The notes under the pieces: generated by a model
Databases searched by the model: none
The model's input: only the letters and a program-made list of their open reading frames with translations
Told to the model about the DNA's origin: nothing
Virus record (IMG/VR): IMGVR_UViG_3300035162_005120
Location: 1-30,925 of that record
Source: a virus
Lineage: Duplodnaviria; Caudoviricetes
DNA: 30,925 bases
Direction: 5' to 3' (one strand)
Made by a program: the position numbers and the translations under genes
Shown: one piece after another, positions 17,255 through 24,384 of the stretch
Position numbering within the stretch: position 1 is the stretch's first letter
How the letters are laid out: every line of letters begins with the position of its first letter

Positions 17255-19806
17255 GTTTATCAAAACACACAGGATATAAAACACCTTTCCCCGTAGGTGT
17301 TAAACTGCCAGAGATTAAAATTGAGAAAAAATATTATGAAGAAGTCTCCTGTAAAGAGTCGGAAGATAATTACCAGTTTTTGAGGAAGCTGTGCTTTAAG
17401 CGCCTACAGCAAAAAGGTATTGATAAGCTAGATAATGCTCAAGTCTATTATAGTAGACTGACAGAAGAACTAGCTATTTTTCAAGATTTAGGGTTTGTTG
17501 ATTACATCCTTCTAAACTGGGACATAATCAATTTTTGTGTAGAGAATGATATCCCCACTGGGGCTGGTCGCGGTAGTGCTGCTGGTTCTTTAGTATTATT
17601 TATAATCGGGGTAACTCACATAGACCCAATAGAATATGGTTTGTTCTTTGAGAGATTTGTTTCAAAAAGCAGAGCTAGAAAGATAGAGCATGAAGGAGAG
17701 ACTTTTCTTGACGGCAGTCTCTTAGCGGATGTTGATAACGATATCTCTTATGATCGAAGGGCAGAGGTTATTAAATATATTGAAGAAAAATATAAAGGTA
17801 AGAGTTCTAAGATATTGACCTTGAACACTTTAAGCGGTAAGCTTTGCATGAAAGAGTGCGGCAAGGTAGTTGCGGAGTTATCTGAAATGGAGGTAAACCA
17901 AATCAGTGATGCAATTCCGAAACATTATGGGATAGTGGTTAAGCTCCAGGTTGCTTACGAAGAGAGCGAGGTTTTCCGATCTCATGCAGATAAATATCCC
18001 AAGGTTTACCAGATAGCTAAAAAGCTGCAGGGGTTAAACAAAAATACTGGGGTTCATCCATCTGGTATATCAATTTCTTTTTATGAATTGGAAGATATAA
18101 TGCCGTTGCAGATAACTAATGACGGTTCGTTGATCTCTGCTTACGATATGAACGATGTCTCTAGTTTGAGTGTCAAGTTCGATATCTTAGGTTTGAGGAC
18201 GTTATCAGTAGTCCATGATGTCTGCAAACGAATTGGCGTGAATGCGGCTGACATAGACCCTCATGGCCCAACAATCTATACTGCTTTATCTTGTTTAAGA
18301 TCTCCTCAAGGTTTATTCCAGATCGAAGCTGATACCAACTTCAAAGTCTGTAAATTGATTTCTCCTCAGAACTTAGAACAATTATCAGCGGTAGTTGCTA
18401 TAGCAAGACCTGGAGCTTTAGACTTCAAAGATGCATACGCCACGTATGTCAGAACTGGAGAGTTCCAATCCGTTCATAATTATTTCGATGATATCCTCAG
18501 TTACACTGGGGGTATCCCTCTTTACCAAGAACAGTTGATGAAAATGGCTGTGAAAGTTGGTTTTAGTTTGGATGAGTCTGAGCAACTAAGGCGGATAGTT
18601 GGTAAAAAGAAGGTCGATAAAATGCCAGAATGGAAGGCCAAGATTGACGAAAAGATCAAAGAAAATAAATTAGATCCTGAGATAGCCGAAGTCTTATGGA
18701 AAGTGGCGGAAGACTCTGCCAATTACTCTTTTAACAAGTCTCACTCTATTAGTTACGCTTATCTAGCGGCTGTAACGGTATATTTAAAATTTAATTATCC
18801 GCAGCAGTTTTTCCTGAGTCTTCTCAAATATGCAAAGTTTGAGCCTAATTCTCACGAAGAGATAGCGAAGATATCTCAAGAGCTTTCTCATTTCGATATC
18901 GAATTGCTGCAGCCTGACTTAAATAAATCAGATATTGATTTTAAGATCGAAGGTAAAAACATTAGGTATGGATTGAATTCCATCAAAGGTGTTTCCACTA
19001 AAGTGTTAGAGTCTTTATTGGAGTTTAGAGAGGATTCATTCTCTAATAAATATGAAGTTTTCTTAGCTGCGAAACAGGCTGGATTAAATATCGGCACTTT
19101 ATCAGCGTTAGCTCAAGCGGGGCTTCTAGATTCGTTTGTTAAACACAATAGGCCAAGGTTAGTTCTGGAGGCCCAAACATTTAATGTCTTAACTGACAGA
19201 GAGAAGAGGAATTTAGTTGCGATGGGCGCAAACTACGATTACGATATCATAACAGCGATTCACGATGTTAAGAAACAAGATATGGTAGCAGATGACAATA
19301 GAAAGATGTTCACAGACAAGAGGTTCGAAACGTTTAAGAAAAAATACAGACCATACAAAGAAATCTACGAAATGAATAAAGAGCATATCAAGTATGCTAA
19401 TTGGTATTTTGAAGAAAAGCTCTTGGGTTATAGCTACTCTCACAATATCAGAGAGATATTTAGTTATGGTGAGGATTTCAACTCTGCTGATGAGATAAAA
19501 GATTTTAGCCCTAGAGATAGAGTCAAATTCGTAGGTTCTTTGACAGACATAATGAAAAGAAAAAGCAGGAATGGTAATGATTACGCAAAATTAACTATGC
19601 AGGACGAAAGCGGGACATTAGAGGGATTATTCCTCGATGGTGAAAGGGAAGCTAGGCTTACTAACTTTTTGGATTCTGGTAAAAAATTACCCAAAAAAGG
19701 AGATGTTGTAATAGTCTTCGGGACAAAAGGGGATGACATTGTCTTCCTAGATAAGATAGTCCCTTTAAAGGACAAAATCTACATGAAGTTATCTGAACTT
19801 AAATAG
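17251..19806 (+). CDS. dnaE: DNA polymerase III alpha catalytic core without PHP (palm, thumb, fingers, HhH, OB)
   Basis: GAGRGSAAGSLV, FFERF, ADVDND, GVHPSG, KFDILGL, LYQEQLM, YSFNKSH, IRYGLNSIKGV, EEKLLG and a C-terminal OB-like region. Confidence 0.95.
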   Translation: MSLSKHTGYKTPFPVGVKLPEIKIEKKYYEEVSCKESEDNYQFLRKLCFKRLQQKGIDKLDNAQVYYSRLTEELAIFQDLGFVDYILLNWDIINFCVENDIPTGAGRGSAAGSLVLFIIGVTHIDPIEYGLFFERFVSKSRARKIEHEGETFLDGSLLADVDNDISYDRRAEVIKYIEEKYKGKSSKILTLNTLSGKLCMKECGKVVAELSEMEVNQISDAIPKHYGIVVKLQVAYEESEVFRSHADKYPKVYQIAKKLQGLNKNTGVHPSGISISFYELEDIMPLQITNDGSLISAYDMNDVSSLSVKFDILGLRTLSVVHDVCKRIGVNAADIDPHGPTIYTALSCLRSPQGLFQIEADTNFKVCKLISPQNLEQLSAVVAIARPGALDFKDAYATYVRTGEFQSVHNYFDDILSYTGGIPLYQEQLMKMAVKVGFSLDESEQLRRIVGKKKVDKMPEWKAKIDEKIKENKLDPEIAEVLWKVAEDSANYSFNKSHSISYAYLAAVTVYLKFNYPQQFFLSLLKYAKFEPNSHEEIAKISQELSHFDIELLQPDLNKSDIDFKIEGKNIRYGLNSIKGVSTKVLESLLEFREDSFSNKYEVFLAAKQAGLNIGTLSALAQAGLLDSFVKHNRPRLVLEAQTFNVLTDREKRNLVAMGANYDYDIITAIHDVKKQDMVADDNRKMFTDKRFETFKKKYRPYKEIYEMNKEHIKYANWYFEEKLLGYSYSHNIREIFSYGEDFNSADEIKDFSPRDRVKFVGSLTDIMKRKSRNGNDYAKLTMQDESGTLEGLFLDGEREARLTNFLDSGKKLPKKGDVVIVFGTKGDDIVFLDKIVPLKDKIYMKLSELK

Positions 19807-19817
19807 TGTAAAGAATT

Positions 19818-22244
19818 ATGATGGGCTTAGCCGATTTCAACCTCACTCCTAAAGCAAAAAAAGGATTAAAAGATTCCAAGAAGTTTGCTAAGGATAATGG
19901 TCACGATTTAGTGACTACAGCGCACTTAGTGTATGGCTGTTTATTAAATATCTCAGACTCTTGTTCTTTAAGATTAAAATCTTATGATGTGGATCTTAAC
20001 ATAGAGCTTTTTAAAGACATTTTCCAAAAGTATGTAAAACAAAATGAAGAATACTTTTTAAGTAAAAAGGGGCAAGGTGGTTGGCACGAAGATGTCAACC
20101 AGACGATACGTTCTGCGAAAGACTTTTCGGACATGTTCGATAGTTACTTTATAGGGATAGAGCATGTTCTTTATGTCATTTTGGATGAAGATAATGCGTT
20201 TGTAAAATATTTATCTCAAAACGGTATCGATGTGATACTCACTAAAGACTTAATCGAAGGGTATATCTTAGAAGATAGTATCCCGCCTTTGGGTCAGATG
20301 AGGCGTTCTTTTGATTCAGAAACGGAAGAGTTCGTAAATATCGAAGATCTTCAAGGGCCACTACCTCAAATATCTAAATACTGTGTCAATTTAAATGAGG
20401 AGTTCATGTCTAATAAAGGCTCTATAATTTCTGGTAGGGACAAAGAGATAAACCAATTAGTCGAAATACTTTCTAAGAAGAATAAAAGTAATGCGATACT
20501 AGTGGGTGAGGCTGGTGTGGGTAAGACGGCTATCGCCGAAGGTCTTGCTCAAAAGATAGTTTCTCAAGAAGTCCCTCCCCACATGTCTTTTATGCAGATC
20601 TGTTCTGTGGATATAAGTGCTATGGTAGCTGGCACTAAATATCGAGGAGAGTTTGAAGAAAAATTCAAAGCTCTAATATCTGAAGCAGAAAAAGAACCTA
20701 ATGTGATATTGTTTTTCGACGAGATCCATACGATTATAGGTGCTGGTAATTCTGAAGGTGCTGTGGATGCTTCTAATATGCTTAAGCCAGCTCTAGCGCG
20801 GGGCGAGATAAAATGTATAGGGGCTACGACTACTCAAGAGTATAAGAAATATTTTGAGAAAGACACTGCGATTAAAAGGCGGTTTGATAAAATAGAAGTG
20901 GAGGAACCGTCTAAGAACGCCACAAAAGATATTGTCATGCAAACGATTTCGTATTATGAAAAATTCCATAATGTAAAGTATTCAGAATGTGATATTGATA
21001 CCATCATAGACTTTAGCGAAAAATATTTAAGCAATAGAAAGTTCCCAGATAAAGCGTTCGATATAATCGATCAATTAGGGGCTAGAACAAAAATTAAATA
21101 TAATAAGATCCCAGTCGGGGTAGATGATGTCAGGTCTTCTTTTTGTAGTTTTCTAATGGGGGGCGATAATGATGAGAAACTGGATGAAGAAAAATTTACG
21201 ATCTTGTTAAAAGATTATCTCCAAGTCATGTCTCGTTGGCAAGGTAACACAGGTCGGAAACAAAAAGTCAGGCAGAAAGATATCTTAGCCATTTTCCAAG
21301 AGAAAACAGGGCTATCGCCTAAAATGATAAGCAAAAAAAACTCATCCTTTGCTTCTTTCTCTAAAAAAATGAACAGTGAAGTTTTTGGCCAACAAAAGAA
21401 TATAGAAATCATACACAATTCTTTGTCCTGCGCTAAAGCGGGATTAAATGATCCCAAAAAACCCTTGAGTAATTTCCTTTTTGTAGGAGGCACTAGCGTA
21501 GGGAAAACTTATACAGCCAAAAAGATCGCTAAGTATTTCTTCGGTAACGAAAAATCGTTTCTACAATTAAACATGGGGGAATACCAAGATAAAACAGCGG
21601 TATCTAAACTGATGGGGGCTAATGCTGGATATGTCGGATATGATGAAGGCGGGTTATTGACAGAATTTATAAGGAATAATCCGAACTGTGTTGTTTTGTT
21701 TGATGAAGTGGAGAAGTGTGAGCCTAAAGTCCTAGATGTATTATTGCATATACTAGATGAAGGCTATGCTACAGACAATTTCAATAGGAATATTGATTTC
21801 ACTAAAACAGTAATTATAATGACTTCTAATATAGGTCATAAAGAAAAATCGGAAAAGAGTATGGGGTTTGTTCCCACTCAGCAAAACGGGAAAGAAGTGT
21901 ATAATGCTTCAGTTCAAAAATACTTTAAGCCAGAGCTATTAGCTAGGGTTGATGAAGTTCTTATATTTAATGAGCTTGGTGAGCGGGAATTAAGGCAGAT
22001 TATTAGAAAAGAGTTGAACGAGATTAAGTTCAGGCTTGAAGGTCGAGGCATAGAGATAATCTTTAAAAAGAGTCTAGAAATCCATATATTTAATAAGATT
22101 AAAAATGATAAAAATCATGCTAGGCAAATAAAAAATGTAGTAAAATCATTGGTTCAGGTTCCGATGTCTAACTTTATCATAAAAAATAGGGATGTTGAAA
22201 AAATATCCATAAATATAGTTGACAAATCACTAGAATTCGCATAG
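19818..22244 (+). CDS. Class I Clp/Hsp100 AAA+ ATPase, ClpA/ClpC-type
   Basis: Two Clp-N repeats, D1 GEAGVGKT/TKYRG/FFDEIH, PDKAFD, D2 GGTSVGKT/GYVG/LFDEVEK, and SMGF ClpP-docking loop. Confidence 0.9.
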   Translation: MMGLADFNLTPKAKKGLKDSKKFAKDNGHDLVTTAHLVYGCLLNISDSCSLRLKSYDVDLNIELFKDIFQKYVKQNEEYFLSKKGQGGWHEDVNQTIRSAKDFSDMFDSYFIGIEHVLYVILDEDNAFVKYLSQNGIDVILTKDLIEGYILEDSIPPLGQMRRSFDSETEEFVNIEDLQGPLPQISKYCVNLNEEFMSNKGSIISGRDKEINQLVEILSKKNKSNAILVGEAGVGKTAIAEGLAQKIVSQEVPPHMSFMQICSVDISAMVAGTKYRGEFEEKFKALISEAEKEPNVILFFDEIHTIIGAGNSEGAVDASNMLKPALARGEIKCIGATTTQEYKKYFEKDTAIKRRFDKIEVEEPSKNATKDIVMQTISYYEKFHNVKYSECDIDTIIDFSEKYLSNRKFPDKAFDIIDQLGARTKIKYNKIPVGVDDVRSSFCSFLMGGDNDEKLDEEKFTILLKDYLQVMSRWQGNTGRKQKVRQKDILAIFQEKTGLSPKMISKKNSSFASFSKKMNSEVFGQQKNIEIIHNSLSCAKAGLNDPKKPLSNFLFVGGTSVGKTYTAKKIAKYFFGNEKSFLQLNMGEYQDKTAVSKLMGANAGYVGYDEGGLLTEFIRNNPNCVVLFDEVEKCEPKVLDVLLHILDEGYATDNFNRNIDFTKTVIIMTSNIGHKEKSEKSMGFVPTQQNGKEVYNASVQKYFKPELLARVDEVLIFNELGERELRQIIRKELNEIKFRLEGRGIEIIFKKSLEIHIFNKIKNDKNHARQIKNVVKSLVQVPMSNFIIKNRDVEKISINIVDKSLEFA

Positions 22245-22247
22245 AAT
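22219..22247 (+). promoter_or_regulatory. Near-consensus sigma70 promoter TTGACA-N17-TAGAAT, leaderless geometry
   Basis: -35 at 22219-22224, -10 at 22242-22247 (begins with the clp stop TAG), 5 nt, ATG at 22253. Confidence 0.8.
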
Positions 22248-22252
22248 TAAGT

Positions 22253-22477
22253 ATGGATAAAGTAAACCTACGGGTAATGAAGGCGATTCGCAATTCTAAA
22301 GGACGGTTCTTCGGTCTATATACTTCCCAAGGGGAATCGTTGAACGCTCAATTGATGTCTGAAACTGCTAACTATGTTAATGTTTATGATCGGAACGCAA
22401 ATTCTCGTCGTAAATTAGCTAAGACGAGTATCTGTGGGGTTCGTATCGCTGCTAAGAATTTTGGCTTAGTTTTCTAA
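22253..22477 (+). CDS. Small basic protein, possible Sm/Hfq-like fold
   Basis: 74 aa ORF with its own promoter and terminator; by-eye resemblance to Hfq Sm1/Sm2 spacing (see findings). Confidence 0.65.
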   Translation: MDKVNLRVMKAIRNSKGRFFGLYTSQGESLNAQLMSETANYVNVYDRNANSRRKLAKTSICGVRIAAKNFGLVF

Positions 22478-22525
22478 ACTAAGCTAATTAAAAAAAGATG
22501 ATGTAAAGATTGTCGGTTCATACCT

Positions 22526-22563
22526 AGAACCCCCTCCTTGAAAAAGGAAGGGGTTCTTTTATT
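22526..22563 (+). terminator. Rho-independent terminator
   Basis: AGAACCCCCTCCTT-GAAA-AAGGAAGGGGTTCT stem (13 of 14 pairs) with GAAA tetraloop, followed by TTTATT. Confidence 0.8.
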
Positions 22564-22565
22564 AT
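22538..22565 (+). promoter_or_regulatory. Putative promoter TTGAAA-N16-TATTAT embedded in the terminator
   Basis: -35 at 22538-22543, -10 at 22560-22565, 5 nt, GTG at 22571. Confidence 0.5.
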
Positions 22566-22570
22566 AAGTT

Positions 22571-23635
22571 GTGAAACTATCCTCTTTATTCAAAGGCAAA
22601 GTCTATACTTTCCCGCAGACCCAAAATCAAGATCAAGATAAAACTTTTGCTTCGGAGGTCATCAAAAAAATAAAACCTAATTGGGTGGTCTCAGATATCA
22701 TGGTAGGCGATATAAAAGACTATTATGACATCTTTATCATCCAAGATGACAAAAAAAGAACTTTCAAATTAAAAATTTCGCTGGATGATTCCCAAGGGGT
22801 TCTAAAAAAAGAACATAATGGGACGAGGAACTCTAAGTCTTCAGTCACGCCTATTTTAATCGAATATGGGGTAGTCAAAATAGGAGACGAAATAACATAT
22901 CTGCTAGTAGAAATCCCTATTTGTGAGAGTGTGGAGGAACATGGTAGGTCTTCGCTGATGGGTAATTTCGATTCGTTTATCGATTCTTATTTTATTTTCC
23001 AAAAAACGAAAGGTGTCAGAACCACCTATAAGACATCTTTAAATAAGTTTTTAAAAAATGTTGAGCCATCTTCTTATTTACCCGAAGAGTCTATAGAGGC
23101 ATTAAAGAGTTATACTGATTATGGTCTATGTCGGAACTTTGTTTCTAGTTTATCAGAAGAAATTGTTTGTCTATCTCAAGGGTTCAGTCTCCCTTGTAAA
23201 TATAAATGTCATGGGGGATTGTCAGTAGATAATATTTTTACAGATGGGAAGAGATTTTATTTCGATGACTTTAAAGACATGTTTATGGGCCATCCTTATA
23301 TTGATTTTATTGACCTAATATTAGATTTGGGCTTACCTGAAGATACTCAATATCCTTTATTATCTAATTTTTGCCAGAGAGGTGGAATACCAGAAAACAG
23401 AAATCTTTTTAAGTCTTTATATGAGATACAATTAAGAAAAAAACTTTTAATTTTAATTACAGAATATATAAAAGAGGTCTATGTCTATGATTCATATAGA
23501 TATAATAATATTATAAATATATCTAGCGTATTCTCTCATTGTTACGAGCGTTTTTGTAAAATAAAGATGTTTTACGAAAATAGAGATTTTATCATGAAAA
23601 CCATATGTGAACCTATTTTTGGTGTAAAAGCTTAA
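22571..23635 (+). CDS. APH/choline-kinase-like protein, probable pseudokinase
   Basis: FKLKI, CHGGLSVDNI (HGDxxxxN with D to G), FDDF, GHPYIDF. Confidence 0.65.
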   Translation: MKLSSLFKGKVYTFPQTQNQDQDKTFASEVIKKIKPNWVVSDIMVGDIKDYYDIFIIQDDKKRTFKLKISLDDSQGVLKKEHNGTRNSKSSVTPILIEYGVVKIGDEITYLLVEIPICESVEEHGRSSLMGNFDSFIDSYFIFQKTKGVRTTYKTSLNKFLKNVEPSSYLPEESIEALKSYTDYGLCRNFVSSLSEEIVCLSQGFSLPCKYKCHGGLSVDNIFTDGKRFYFDDFKDMFMGHPYIDFIDLILDLGLPEDTQYPLLSNFCQRGGIPENRNLFKSLYEIQLRKKLLILITEYIKEVYVYDSYRYNNIINISSVFSHCYERFCKIKMFYENRDFIMKTICEPIFGVKA

Positions 23636-23637
23636 GT

Positions 23638-23850
23638 ATGCCACTACCAACGCCTAATGACGGAGAAGAGCGTTCTAAATTCATAGAGCGCTGTATGTTA
23701 GATCTGTCTGAGAAAAACGAATTCCCTGACGCGAAACAAAGGACGGCTGTATGTTATTCTCAATTTAAAAAAACAGAAGACAAAGCTTCTGTCGTGGTAG
23801 GTGGTTCTTGGGATGACTCAGATATATATTATTATTTCAAAAAAGATTAG
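23638..23850 (+). CDS. Small phage hypothetical protein (MPLPTP..FIERCM..QRTAVCYSQ motif)
   Basis: Motif recalled from phage hypotheticals; ORF fills the gap between neighbours. Confidence 0.65.
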   Translation: MPLPTPNDGEERSKFIERCMLDLSEKNEFPDAKQRTAVCYSQFKKTEDKASVVVGGSWDDSDIYYYFKKD

Positions 23851-23853
23851 ATG

Positions 23854-23881
23854 TAGAAAAAAAGCTTTTAGGGCTTAATAT
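23854..23881 (+). promoter_or_regulatory. Putative promoter TAGAAA-N16-TAATAT, leaderless geometry
   Basis: -35-like at 23854-23859, -10 at 23876-23881, 5 nt, ATG at 23887. Confidence 0.5.
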
Positions 23882-23886
23882 TCTAC

Positions 23887-24384
23887 ATGATTGTTCAATA
23901 TTATAAGCCAAACTCTAGGAATACGGGGTGCGCTTTTAGTTTCGATATCGGAGTCAATAATAAAAATCAAGAGCCATGTGTATACATCAGGGCCGTAAAA
24001 CAATTTTCTTGGAATGATAAAACAAGAAGTGGGTCTTTTTCAGAGAACGCTAAAAATCCTGATAAATCTATTTCGATCAAACTCAACGAAATAGAAGTAG
24101 GTGGATTCATCTACGCGATAGAAAAGTATACTGAATTTTCAGCTTTTCATTCTTACGAAGACAATAAAACTTCTATTTCATTTAAGCCTTACCAGAAAAA
24201 AGATGGGACTCCAGCTTTCTCTTTTGGTGTCACAAGGAATTCAGCTAATAAATTTGGCATTGGCGTAGAAATGTCGGAAGGCTATATGCTCTTAGAGTTT
24301 TGCAAATTCTTTTTACAGGAATTATACGCTTTTAGATTGCAGAACAACATCGACAAAAGGAAAGCCAACGCTTCTCGCGCATGA
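23887..24384 (+). CDS. Hypothetical protein, possible Whirly-fold ssDNA-binding protein
   Basis: 165 aa; two repeats of beta strands plus helix, with by-eye similarity to plant Whirly motifs. Confidence 0.55.
   Translation: MIVQYYKPNSRNTGCAFSFDIGVNNKNQEPCVYIRAVKQFSWNDKTRSGSFSENAKNPDKSISIKLNEIEVGGFIYAIEKYTEFSAFHSYEDNKTSISFKPYQKKDGTPAFSFGVTRNSANKFGIGVEMSEGYMLLEFCKFFLQELYAFRLQNNIDKRKANASRA

Noticed and set aside
12284-19806. Inteins, introns or split-intein joining in dnaB and dnaE
   Set aside because: No extra-length insertions, no C-start/HN-end splice motifs and no homing endonuclease motifs seen.
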